Below, one piece after another: positions 30,836-43,595 of a DNA stretch of 64,000 nt. The DNA is from the human T2T-CHM13v2.0 reference genome, Homo sapiens: assembly GCF_009914755.1 (NCBI RefSeq), contig NC_060928.1; one strand, written 5' to 3'. A model generated the notes under the pieces. That model saw only the letters and a list, made by a program, of their open reading frames with translations. It ran no database searches and was not told the DNA's origin. The first letter of the stretch is position 1. Every line of letters begins with the position of its first letter. Made by a program: the position numbers and the translations under genes.

Positions 30836-32329
30836 GGTAAACAAGAAACAGAGAGCACTAGGTTGAACACCGGAGATCCAAGTTTTCCAGGGGCAGAGGT
30901 TTGAGGAGAAAGGAAATCAGTGAACATGAGTAGAGCTCAGTTGTCAGTGTACGGTGTTATGGGAGAAGAAAAAATGAAACTAAAGGACCAGGTAGATTAC
31001 AAAGATAGAGAGAGCACTCAGCAAAATCATGGCACTCAATGACAGAGATGTTCTTACAAACAAGACAAAAGCCTTCTTACCTGCTATTGGATAGAGTAAG
31101 CGAGGCAGAAAGAACACCCAACTACTGGCATAAGTATGTGACTTACTGCAGCGCCTAAGGAAATGGCAAACCTAGTAAGAGAGGTTTGAATGACCCAGCT
31201 ACATAGATTGGACATCCTTAAGGAGGAATTAAAGGAAATTATTTCATAAAATCAACTCAAAATGCAGAATCTGATTTATATTTGTAATTATGTTGTCCAT
31301 TAAGATCTTGAAAAGAAAGTGTTTCTTTGTGTACTAGTAAATATATTTAAAAAACAAGAAAATATAAGAATGTGGTTTCTTAATGACTTGATTTAAGCCA
31401 TATTTCAAAGTGGCTGTTTTATGTCAGTATAGTTAGAAAATAACTCAATTCTCCCTCTTTACTTTCACTGATTTAAACAAAAAAGAAATCCATCTCAAAC
31501 CAAATATCATACCAGGTTTGAATGAAATCTGATAGTCTTCCCAAAAGATAAAGTTTTATAGATTTCCTAGGAGCTATTCACCTCTACTCTGAGCTTAGGT
31601 TGGTGTAGAACTGAAGAAAAGTTTCATTAACATTAGGAGTTTCATTTTTGCTTACATTTGTGAATTTTTTGAATCAGACAGAAGAAAATGACATGCTTCT
31701 TGGTGCCAAAATGCAAAACTAATTAAATTTTCATGTTACAGTGATGGCAAATTTCAAATATTTTTCTAAGCTTTTTATTATTTTTAGTTCCAATATAATG
31801 AAAAATTTAAATACCAAGGAAGTGGAACCTAGTGGAGTATGACATCTCTATAAGACAATCAACTGAGCCCCATAGGATTTATTAGTCTATCTCATCTGCA
31901 TCTCACACTTACTCAGATCATTTCTTATAAAGAAAACTGAATGGTGACAGTAACTGTCAAGATTGGCTGGCAATGTTGCTTAACACAAGAGGAAGGAGTC
32001 CTGATGATGAGACATCAAAGAACTTAGGAAACAAAATCTACTTTTTACACTTGTTATTTATATCAGAATGGGTTGGGTGAAATCATAATCACTATTTGAA
32101 GGCTGAACATGCTTCTATGAAACTCAAGCAATTTGATTGCTTTGGAAATGTACCAGACATGATTATTTTCTAAAAGAAATTTAAAGTGTATGCATTAAAA
32201 TCATCAAAGAAGAAATAGGGATGCATATAATCAACAGGAACGAAAGTTAAAAATAATAAATCAAATTAAAATAATTGTTAATTGTGTGCTTTTTTTCATT
32301 GGTGTTTACAGTCTTGTGGGTTTTAAAAA

Positions 32330-34460
32330 TGTTGTTATTTTTAATTGACATATAATTGTTTAGGTTTATGGGAATTCAATACATGTATACAATATGTTGT
32401 GGTCAAATCAGGATGATTACCATATTTTTTCTAACTGGGTAATTTCAAATGACCTATTTCATGTTCTGTAATTCTTTACTCTGTTTAATCAAGTATACTG
32501 TTAAAGCTCTCGATTGCATTTCTTAGTTCTTTCATTGAATTATTCAGTTGCAGGATTTGTTTTGTTCTTTTTTATAATTTCTAACTCTTTGTTGAATTTC
32601 TCATTCATATGATGAAGTGTTTTCCTGAATTTGTTGAATTGTCTATCTCTATTTTCTTGTATCTTATTTAATTTTCTTAAGATCATTACTTTGAATTTCT
32701 TTTCCAGCAATTCATTGATTTCCTTTGCATTGGGATTTGCTACTAAACAGTTCTTATGTTCCTTTGGTGGTATCTTATTTCCCTGCTTCTTCATGTTTCT
32801 TGTGTCCCTGAATTCATGCCTGTGTGTCTGGTAGAACAATAACCACTTACAAGCTTTCTAGCGTGGCTTTGGTGGAGAAAGATTTTCACTTGCATTTGAG
32901 TTATAGTACGTTATTTGGAAAAGGTGTAGTGACTCTGTTTCTGGATAGATGCAGTGGTATAATCTCCGTGTAGCTTTTTCAGCTGCAATAGACATCAACA
33001 GTAAGTGTGGGTGCCTCAGTGACCTAGTCTGTAAAAGTCTGTGGCAGTGTCAGGGGCATACGTTATTAATGTTCTTGGTACCAATGTTCTTTGGGGTCCT
33101 CCTATTCTTGTTTTCCTCACAATAGGGAGACTTACCCAAGAGAATCTTTCTTGGTGTCAGTTTTGACATGGCCTAAAAACAGCTGCTGCAGTCCTGAGTT
33201 TCAGGTGCAGATGCTCAGAATGGCTGTAGGTTGAGGGTCCTAGGCTCATGGGCTCATGAGCCTATAGTGGCACCTGGGTCTTGGGATGCAGGTTTGCTCT
33301 CTGTGACGGGATTGGATGTAGGTTGTTTCCAGAGCCAGGATATGTGATGCTGTGGCATTCTTTAGCAGCTCAAATGGTGATTCTAGGGGGCTGTGATTCT
33401 ATCCCTAGGAAACAGGGCACAGCGCTGGGCCAACTCTGGGGAAGAAGGGATGCTCTACAGGTTTGAGCCCAGGGATAAGGCTATGGATGCAATTTGTGAA
33501 CCTGAACCATTATGGCTCACTGGTAGTTTGGGTCCTGGAGGATAAAGAATCTTGTAGTAGTGACTCTAGCCCCTGGGATGGTCGGGCACAACAGTATCCT
33601 AGGCTCTGCAAGGCCAAGTGCATCAGCAGCAGCAGCAGTAGTACCCCAGAATGATGGAGCACAGCTTTGTTTGGGCCCTGTTGTTTGGGCACAGGGTTCT
33701 TGAAAGAGACAAAACCAATAAGATGTACGTATATATGTAAGAGAGTTTTCTAGGGAGAACTGGCTCACACAATTACAAGGCAAAGTCTCATGATAGGCCG
33801 TTGGCAAGCTGGGGAAAGAGAGAAGCTAGTAGTGTAGCTCAGTCCAAGTCTGAAAGCCTCAAAACCAGGGAAGCTGACAGTGCAACCCTCAGTCTGAGGC
33901 CAAAGGCCTGAGAGTCCCTTGGAGGCTGCTGGTGCAAGTCCCAGAGTCCAAAGGCCGAAGAACCTGGAGTCTGATATCCAAGGGCAGGAGGAGAGGAAGC
34001 AAAGCATCCTGCACAGGAAGAGAAAGAGAGAGTCAGAAGACTTAGCAAGCTGCTTATTCCCCTTCTTCCACTTGCTCTGCTCTGGCCACTCTGGCAGCCA
34101 ATTGGATGGCGCCCATACACTTGACAGTTCGGTCTTCCTCTCCCAGTCTAACGACTCAAATATCAACCTCTAGTGAGACTCTCACCGACACACATCCCTC
34201 GATCCAGTCAAATTGACACCTAATATTAACCCTCACATTACCCAGAAAGAGGGATGTTTCAGCACCTCAGACTCTAAGGGTCTAGTTCAGCTCCAGGGAA
34301 GGAGGTTTCTAAATATTTTTGTCCTGTAAGGCAGGTGTCTCAGCTCAGGCATTATTTTGTTTTCCTGGAATGCAAAATACTAGATCAGCTCAGCCTTGAG
34401 ATGTGCAGCTCCTTGGCTCAGCCAGGGTGCTGATTCCCAAGGGAGGATGTTCTGTGGATG
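32330..34460 (-). mobile_element. L1MA-age element(s): short 3' end plus ORF1 N-terminus and 5' UTR, split by MLT2
   Basis: Minus ORF 32540-32839 resembles the ORF1p coiled-coil (NMKKQGN...KVMILRKLNKIQEN...NEKFNKELEIIKKN). L1MA 3'-end text lies at 32335-32425. Confidence 0.75.
33692..34237 (-). mobile_element. MLT2-type (ERVL) LTR
   Basis: cagggttct...aactggctcacacaattacaagg...ccagtcaaattgacacctaatattaaccctcaca. Confidence 0.85.
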
Positions 34461-35559
34461 CTCTGTTTCAAAGAATTCAAAGTAAATACAAGTATTTCTT
34501 TCACAAAAAGACATTTTGCCAGCAAGTTTAAAAGCCAAGAGCAAGATAAATCACATAGTACTAAATTATTCTAATATTTTATGTCAAAATAGTGCAACTA
34601 ATTATATAATTCATGGATTGTGGCTACAATATCCTCACCATAGACAGAATATTAATGTACATATTTTCCAAAGGTACATTAATACAAAACCAGTAAAAAT
34701 TATTTGTGAAGTCCCTTGGCAGGGACACATTTCACCCTTCTCCAATTCTGGCATCCCCTGATGCATTTCTTTTTCCTACAATTCTGCCTTTTCTAGAATG
34801 CCACGTGAAAGAAACCACACACTATGTACCATTTGGGGTCCTCACAATTCTTGTTATTGTCTAAAATTGCAAAGTTTAAGGAAGTTATATAAAAACAGAC
34901 TACGTCCTTCAAGGCAGTTGTACATTCAGGACATCATTTTGCCTACACCATCTATCTTTGAATAGATTTTTCTTCCTACTTTCATTTTACTATCTTATTT
35001 TTTCAATAAAGTTGAGATAGCATGTTGCAGGATGCTAAGTTTCGGTCTGAAGCTTATACTAGGGCTGCAGATGATAAAGGTAATGGATTGGTTAAATTTT
35101 TTTTCAAGGAATTGTGAGCATCCTCTTGGAAGATAAATTCATTTTTCAAAACTTTCACAAAACTGGAAATTCTCCTTATTCTTGAAATTATGATGGGTAT
35201 GGATGATTTTCAAGTGATGGCACTGCTACTGATACATTTTCCTTCTTTAGCAGTTTCATTCAACCAGGACTTGAAAATTTGTAGTGCGAGAAATTCAGCT
35301 GAATGCTGATAATCTTCAAGTTAACAAGGTAATTATACAAATGACTCAAGCTAGGGGATGCTATTCAGTTAATGGAACTTCTTCGTATCTAATTGATCCA
35401 AAGGACATGCTGGCTATAATGGTCTAGAAGGTTTATGTGTCCCTCCATTCTCTCCCAGATATGTTACTTCTACATCAAATTTTTCTCTAATTCTGTGAGG
35501 AATCCAGATACCTGGATTGAAGTCAAAGAATAAAACCCCTAGCTGTGTGTCTGAGATGT

Positions 35560-36830
35560 TGGTTCCAGAGAAATGGGTAACATATTTGCATACTTTCTTT
35601 GGGTGACTTCCTTCAATCCCCTGCTTTTCCTGATTGTAGATGTTACATAGCACCCATGTTGGCTGCTGCTCTTTTCTGTTCTTAAGAACGCCATGGTCTA
35701 TTTATCATCTCCACTCTCTGTGCATCAGGCCTCTTGACTGTCCCTCTGATCTTATGGGTTTTTACGGTAATTGCAGCTTCCTGCCATTTGGTGGTTAAGT
35801 GCCACCTACTGGTCTGATGGCCAGGCCATCATCCTCATAGATATCACTGAATGCAGCTCTGTGAACACTTCACCCGCTATTAACTTACACATGCAGAGGA
35901 GAATCTCCAATCAGTATCTGTGATTCCAGTGATCCTCTCACCAGTACATTCCTGATGATGCCGTTCTTTGAATAGTGTGTCCTTGGCCCTCTGGTGGAGC
36001 ATCATTCACTGGTAGGTCTTCTGGTCTCAAACAATATAATCTCACTTCTTCAAGCTCTGTAATCCTTTCTTTACTGTCTGCTAGAGTGATTCAGGCATTT
36101 CCATCTGACTTAACCTTATCCATCACTTTCTAAGGGCTATGCTGACAATAAATTTACTTCTTACCTTGGGGTCCTTTCTAGCCTATTATATTTCATGTCC
36201 CAAGAAAATGCTCCCAAATCAATTTATTCTTGCTTATTCAGGCTCACGTTTTGGCCCCCTTGGTCAAGCTCCTGAAGAATCTCATTCCAAGAGTATGTAT
36301 CTGGCTCTTGCCTGTAGATGCTGATTCTTCCAACTCTTCTCCCCCACTTTTATCAAGTCCATTCTCCTAGTCAGGTTATCCTGAAATTTATCTGTAGATT
36401 TGGATCTTACAGCCAGAAGAGTAGGTCTGTGAAACTCCTCCGTGGCACATGTTCAATTGTGGAAGAAACACTTCTGCAGCATTTCCAGTACAGGAGAAGT
36501 ATCATCTCTTACTAAGCAAGGGTGGGCCACTTCTACAAGGTCTAAGGGTTCTAGTGATTTGAAAAGCCAATTTTCTTCAGGGGCAACCATCTATATATCA
36601 CCATCCATGTTTCAGGGGGCCAAGTCATTTCCCTACTGAGGCCCTAATCTTAGCATCACAGTCCTGTAGCAGCTGAGCATTCAAACATCTCTAGAGATAT
36701 GTTACTCTAACTTGTAGGCGTAGCAAAGTTTCAGAACTAGGTCTTTTTGTCTTTGATTGGCCTGACTTGGGGCATGTACATGTCTCAGCAACAATCCGTG
36801 TCACCAGGTGAACAAGGCACTTCCATTGAA
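35560..36830 (-). mobile_element. ERVL/MaLR internal gag-derived remnant
   Basis: Minus-strand degenerate AKIRASVGK...PETW.GDI, resembling ERVL gag VKVRALIGKEWDPATWNGDVW, and an EMPE-like motif near 36100. Confidence 0.6.
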
Positions 36831-37081
36831 CCAGCAAGTATTGCGAGCACTGGAATGAGAAGAGGAGTTAGCAGAACCAGAAGCAAATAGGCTGAGAGTA
36901 GGGCATGATTAGGCATTTCAAAGCAAAGGCTGGGTGCTGTTTCCGCAAAAGAGAGAGTGCTGGGCAGCAGAATTGCAAACGTCCGAAACAATTTACCATT
37001 ATTAGATTCCTATTTATTAATAATTCTTTAGATGTTCTGAGTTACTAAGATCAAAAAGGAGAATTAGAAAAGGAAGTCAAG

Positions 37082-37268
37082 AGCCAGGCCTACAGCTTGT
37101 ACCTGTAGTCCCTGATACTTGCAAAACTGAGATGGGAGGCATTCAGGGGTCACTTGAACCTAATAGTTCAAGGTAGGAGTGAGGTATGACCTCACCACTC
37201 TACTTCAGCTTGGGTGACAGAGCCAGTCTCTAAAATGCATACATACATACATAAAGAAACAAACAAAA
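37082..37268 (+). mobile_element. Old free Alu monomer (FRAM/FAM-like)
   Basis: Single right-arm-like unit gccagg...cctgtagtccc...ttgggtgacagagcc with a (CATA)n/A-rich tail. Confidence 0.7.
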
Positions 37269-37281
37269 TCAATTAAAAACC

Positions 37282-37414
37282 CTGCTTTGGTCTGAATGTT
37301 TGTGTCTCCCCAAAATGTATATGTTAAAGCTTCATCCTCAAGGTGACAGTATTAGGAGGAGTTCTTTGGGAGGTGATTAGGTCATGAGGGCAGAGCCTCC
37401 AAACAGACTAAAAC
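37282..37414 (+). mobile_element. Internally deleted MLT1A/MST-type LTR
   Basis: tgctttggtctgaatgtttgtgtc...ggtcatgagggcagagcc joined directly to the terminal aacagactaaaac. Confidence 0.75.
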
Positions 37415-37864
37415 TCCTGGTAAAACAAAGCATTTGGATAACAAATTCTCATACTTTATTTCAATTGCAGGTCTTCCACTTGTCATCTATAGCCTGGGAC
37501 ACATGACTATTCAGGACACTGGAGAACAGAGGGAAACACCTGGCTTGTGGTCTCCAATCAGTCTTTTCATTCATTTAAGGAAATCATCTGCTCCAGCCTA
37601 CTGCTATGTAACAGCGGGCTGCGCTGAATCTTTAGATCCAGACTCAACATGGCAGTCCTATTCCTGGCGGAGCTCTCTGTCCAGTGAGTACGCTTGTAGG
37701 AAACAAGTGAAATCCCAGGAAGACAGTGAAAGAGAGTGGGGAGCAGTTAATACAGATAAATTACTTCAGAGACCAAGTGGCAGAATAGTGCTACAGCGTT
37801 AATAATTTACTACCATGACATGAAGTCATGGTAGTAATTGTGCTTCTTCTCACCATTGTCCTAA

Positions 37865-38039
37865 GATTAAGGGGTAAACGCCCTTGTGTGTCTTTGCTGA
37901 ACTAGGAAGCTCCTGAAGCAGCCGCCTTCCCCCTGTCCCTCAGAAACTGGAACCGGATTAAGGGGCAAACGCCCTTGTGTGTCTTTGCTGGCCTAGGAAG
38001 CTCTTGAAGCAGCCGCCCTCCCCCTGTTCCTCAGAAACT
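37865..38039. repeat. Tandem duplication, period 91 bp
   Basis: Copies at 37865-37948 and 37956-38039, with 6 mismatches over 84 bp. Confidence 0.95.
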
Positions 38040-38640
38040 CAAAATGGCTCCCTCCGATGGCTCGACTCCGGCTTATCCCGGCAGCCTCCACCAACCTGCC
38101 CCCGAAAGGTAGTGTGAACTAGCCAGCCGGGCCCTTGCGTCTCCTCGCCATGGCCAGGGCAGCCTGATCCGCAGGGCTGGCAGATGCAGGAGCCTCCCGC
38201 TCCTGCCTTTTCCCCGGGCGGGCGCACACCGGCCTGAAGTCGGGAGGCTGCGGCAGGAAAACAGCCAAGGGTCCAGGGCCATGTGTCTGAGCGAGAGCGT
38301 GACTCCCAGGTGCACTCGCTGCGCTAGCCCTGCAGCCTCTGCAAGGAAGGCACCGCCCACGCGGCCCGCGCAGACTCCTGCTGCGTCCACTGGATCCTGA
38401 GCGCCATAGGTAGGGGCGGCCCACGCGTGGCCTTCATTCTCCTCGGTCCGCCCGTGAGCACTGCTTAGCCCTTCAGTGCCACCGGAACGAACGTCTGGGC
38501 GCTTTGGAGCTGCAGAGGCCAAGGACGGCTGCAGCCCCAGGTAATCACGATGGATGATGGGGCCCGGGGTTCACTCCCAGAAACCATACCCGGGCGACTT
38601 GAAATGCGAACTCCAGAGGTGGCACCATTATAAGTTAGGA
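38040..38640. promoter_or_regulatory. CpG-island-like candidate promoter
   Basis: The only non-Alu GC- and CpG-rich stretch in the window. GC boxes (gggcgggcg, ggggcggc), YY1-like caaaatggc at 38040, and a + strand donor CAG|GTAATC at 38540/38541. Confidence 0.7.
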
Positions 38641-39240
38641 CGTTTCTCAGGGCTTAAAGTGAAGGGTACTGAAACTGACACTCCTGTTATTTAACTAAGT
38701 TTTCCCTCCCCTGTTTTAAATAAGTTTATTTAGACAGGGAGAAAAGACTCCTCTAGATGATTTTGGGTTAAAAACATAATCCACAATGGTTTGTATGCTG
38801 TGGTCATTTGCGTATGTCTATTAAGTCTCGCTAAACAAAAAACTTTCAATGGAAAATATCCTTAAAGGCACATTATAGGTTCTCTGTGGCACTTGGGTAT
38901 CATGTTACCAGTTTAACCAGCAGCTGTCTTTCTGGAGTGGTACCAGAGTTAAACCCTCGGTGATCGGTTTTAAATGTTAAACTCAGACTCTGAAATTCAC
39001 CAGGTTTCCAAGCCAGATCTTGTATGCCTAATTTAGTAATGAGTTACATAACATGAGGTTATGGGACCGCTAACAAAACTGCTGCTTCTTGTGAAGCCTG
39101 TTTTCAAAGAGTTTAAGCTTATAAAAGTGGTTGCTGCACTTCTCAGGTATGTCTTACCTGTCAAAATGTTCTCAGGTGCTAATTTCAGCTCTTTAAACTT
39201 CAATTAAGTGTCCCCATTTATTTGCCCTATCCAATAATAA

Positions 39241-39552
<312 letters not shown>

Positions 39553-40190
39553 AAGATATTAGCTTTTAAAGGAGGTAAAGCAACTTGTGTCTCTTCAAGT
39601 TCATCATGATGGTAATTTCAGAATTGACCAAGTGACTAATTCCTTGTCCTGATTGAAGTTTTAATTAAATTAAATCAAAACAGAAAAAAAAACTATTTAT
39701 TAGCATTGTGAAGTATTTTTAAGTTGTGCCTTTGAAGTGATCCAGCATTAAGAGGAGGGATAACGACCTTATAATTGTTGAAGATCTCCATCAAAAACTT
39801 GTAATTATCTTTTTCATGGATTTACTAAACAAACTACGTTCTCTGTTGTCTGAAGGACTAGAATTTTGTAACTGATATTACAGATTTCTGCTTGATACAA
39901 TGCATTTTAGCATCTTCTCCAATTAGGTTTCCTGACTTGAAACCCATTTGAACCTCAAATTTACTTTAGATTGAAGTTTTACTTTTTTTAATAAAAATAT
40001 TGTAATAAGGCAACATATGTAATGAGAGGATTTCAAGAAAAAGATTTATTTAAAAAATAGGAATACCTGTATTAAAATGCAGATACTTAAATATTGAGGC
40101 ACAAATAAAATTCATCTCAAACACTCAGTCATATTTCTTTTGCCCTTAGAGATCCGTATTAGAGCAGAATGCAGTTTAAGATAATTTTTC

Positions 40191-40230
40191 AAAAGTCTAC
40201 ACGAAAAGTGCACTTTTCGTGTAGACTTTT
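40191..40230. repeat. Perfect 40-bp palindrome
   Basis: aaaagtctacacgaaaagtg|cacttttcgtgtagactttt, with no spacer and no mismatch. Confidence 0.97.
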
Positions 40231-40420
40231 ATATATATGGCCACCTTCTCAATGATATTCTAATTATTTTCTTCTAAGTGAACTTGATGGCAGAAATAGA
40301 ACCATGTAGAATGTACATAGTGTTAATTCTAAACACTATGTCTCATTAATTTCTGTAATGCCTTTAAAATGAAAGACTCTCCAATTAATAAAAAAAATCT
40401 TACAATACTATTTTGGAAGA

Positions 40421-40719
40421 TTTTTTTTTTCTTTTTGAGATGGAGTCTTACTCTGTCACCCAGGCTGGAGTGCAGTGGCGCACTCTTGGCTCACTGCAAC
40501 CTCTGCCTCCTGGGTTCAAGTGATTCTCCTGCCTCAGCCTACTGAGTAGCTAGGGTTACAGGTGTGTGCCACCATGCCTAACTAATTTTTGTATTTTTAG
40601 TAGAGACGGGGTTTTGCCATTTTGGCCAGGCTGGTCTTGAACTCCTGACCTCAGGTGATCCCCCCCACCTCAGCCTTCCAAAGTGCTGGGATTACAGGCC
40701 TGAGCCACTGCACCCAGCC
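40421..40719 (-). mobile_element. AluSx-like
   Basis: Full reverse Alu with ctcctgacctcaggtgatcc. TSD-like agattttttt. Confidence 0.93.
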
Positions 40720-41059
40720 TGAGATTTTTTTATTGCTAATTTTGTTTGTTTACAACATGGCATTTTCTTTTAGTTAAAAGTTTTTGGGAATGTAGAACAT
40801 TATAGCAAATATCTGATTCATTCTGATAAAATTAAAAGTTTATCCTAAAAAATAGGGATATTATTCTAATATGTGGATTCTTTTCTTGGGTATATATCAT
40901 GCAGATGAAATTTATTATGAGCTAGAATCTAACTATAAAACAGATGATGTGAGGTTCGGGCAAATTGTAACTTTAGTTTAGTTTTTTAAATTAAAGGAAT
41001 GTTTGACTATGTATCTTTATTGCAGTCAAGATACAGCTTAGATGCCCTTTGGTGCTGAG

Positions 41060-41940
41060 GACCAATTTTTATAGTTGAATATGTGTTACTTTGATAAGCA
41101 CTGTATTAGACATTGAAAATATAAAAGAGAACAAAACAGAGGTAACTACAGATGCTTTTGAAGACACCATTCACAGAAAAATCAACTTAATTATATTTAA
41201 TTACAAAAATGAAATGTGCTACACAGGGAAAGCAGAAGTTTATGTGAGTATGTAAGAGAGACCTTACCTGACCCATCTAGGGAGTCAGAGAAGACTGTTT
41301 TAAGGTGGGACATTTAAGCTTAGAGGCACAGTATTGGGAAGATGAAACTAGACAAAGAAATGAGGTTGGGGAACGATTCCAGAGAAGGTGAACAGCCTAT
41401 GGGATGACACTGAGATGGAGTTTGATTTGTTTGGAGAACTGAAAGAGGACCCCTTTGCCTGGAACTTAGCAGGGAGCACACTATATAATCAGCAAGTTAG
41501 GGGTGGGAGTACACCACACAAGGTCTTGTGAGATGTGTAAGGGGTTGTGTTTTAATGAGAAAGTGAAATAGGAAGCCACTGATGGTTACTCAGTTAGGAA
41601 GAAAAAGATTTGCACTTTGATGTTGTATTGAGAAAATTGTGGAGGGGGTCAAGAGCATTTCTAATGAGATTAGTTGTTGCAGTACTTCAAGTGAGAGAGA
41701 TGTTGCCTAGATAAGGAAAGAAGTGCACTGGGTCAAGTGAGTTTTAGGAGATGAAAATGAGAGAACCTGGGTTTATTTAGATTCACAGAGATTTTAAGAT
41801 TTGGGGCATGAGCCACTGCATGGTTGTGGAAAGACTGAAAGAGGTGTAGATTTTAAAGGGAAGATCATATATCTAATTTTGGAAAGTTTAAGATTCTTCG
41901 TGGGATAACGCTGTTGGAGTCAAAACAGTGGTTGGCATAT
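41060..41940 (-). mobile_element. L2 remnant
   Basis: gcactgtattagacattgaaaatataaa...gggagtcagagaagact...ggaagccactgatggtt, typical of the reverse L2 3' region. Confidence 0.6.
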
Positions 41941-42982
41941 AATTAGAAAGGGATTAGTAAATGTGAGTTATTATTACCCTCAGTTCAGAAAGACATTTGA
42001 TTTAAAAATAAAGAAAAATAAAGAAAAGTTGGAAATTGTTACAGTATAGATACGTAATGTAAGTTATGGGCCTAGGTGAGCTTGTCTAAAGAGAAAATGA
42101 AGACTTGATGCTCATTGTGACTCTAATATCTCTTGTCTTTTGTTCTGAGATACACATCTGGCATTAGATCACTGCACCAATAATTAGCCTGTCCAGTTAC
42201 CCAGAACCCAGTTGTGCTGGAATATACTGTGATTCTCTTCCTATTATTCAATATTCCCTTTAAGCACTACATTTCTTTCGAAATATTCCCTAACTTTCCT
42301 AAACTTCATTGATCTCTCTCTCTTGAAATCCTGTACCATGTACGCTCAGTCAGTATGGCACATCTTAGCATTTATTTTATGTGGTCATGTAGTCTTAGCT
42401 TTTGTTTAATATATTATAGCTTTATTTCTCTAAAAAAATTACAGAAAAAAATTCGTACATAATATTACCTCTATGGCAATATTGGCTCCAAGTATAGAAC
42501 TAAGCCCAAAGCAACTATTAAATAAATGCCTGTTGACTAATGGTAGAATGGTTAGTTGATTAATATTTTGGGATAGGTAAGGATTTCGGTATTCCAATGG
42601 TAGCATTTCTACTGTATGTTTGAATGCTATAAAGGTGTTGTGTTGGTATTGAATGGACCAGAATTAAAAGACAGCAAATGCATAGGCAATAAAAATTATA
42701 TATATCCTGTAAAATAGCATATAGGATATGTCATTAGAATGGAGCCAAAATGTCAAAATAATCTATAGTGCATCATATGTGATTTTTATTTAATTTATTC
42801 AATAAATGGTCATTGAATACATACTGTGTTGTTAGGGATACAATAATTGATAAAAGAGAAATTAACTCTGCCATTTGTGAGGCAGATATTAAACAAATTT
42901 TTAAAGATAAACTTGGCAAGAACTACAAAGGAAACTTTCATAATGACTGTGTGTTACTTCAGGATTTACTGAGTTTGGGGGG

Positions 42983-43595
42983 TATGCTAGGAAGACTTCT
43001 AAGATATACCCCCCAATAATCCATGTCTTTGTATAATCACTGGCCTTTAGTGTGGGTAGGACAGATCTAGTGAATATGATGAGATTTCTCTTCTGTGATT
43101 AGTTTACCTTGTATCGCAAAGCTCAAAGCCTTTTGCAGATGTAATAGGGACCCCTAATCAGTTCTCTTTGAGTTGAACAAAAAAGAAGATTTAATCAGGT
43201 GAAATGTTTTAAAGAGGGACTTAGACCTTCTTTGAAAAACAAACTAGAAGCAGCAGTTTCTCTTCCTCCTGTCTTGAAGAAACAGACCACCATGTTGTGA
43301 AGAGGGCCATGTGAAAATGAACAGTAGAAAGTCTCTTAGAATTGAGAATCTAGGTTCTACAGTTACAAGGAACAGAATTCTGCCAACAACCTGCAAGCTT
43401 GGAAGAAGACCTCAAGTCTTGGATAGGACCCTTCCATCACCAAAATCTTGATTGTAGTCCTCTATGACCCTGAACAGAGCAACCAGTTAGGCTCTGCCTG
43501 AACTCTAGACCCATGGGAACTATGATGTGATAAATGTCTCTTCTGTTAATATGCTAAATTTTATAATTTTTAAAGAAAGCAGTAGAAAACTGATA
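42983..43595 (+). mobile_element. MLT1E-like MaLR LTR
   Basis: ttttgcagatgtaata...ccctaatcagtt...aattctgccaacaacctg...agcagtagaaaactgata. Confidence 0.75.

Noticed and set aside
34870-35400. Possible DNA-transposon or pseudogene remnant
   Set aside because: Hand translation in several frames gave no recognisable motif. It needs a Dfam/BLAST search.
38039-38522. Overlapping minus-strand ORFs (62-149 aa) in the CpG island
   Set aside because: Stop-codon scarcity is expected in GC-rich DNA, and no homology is recognised.
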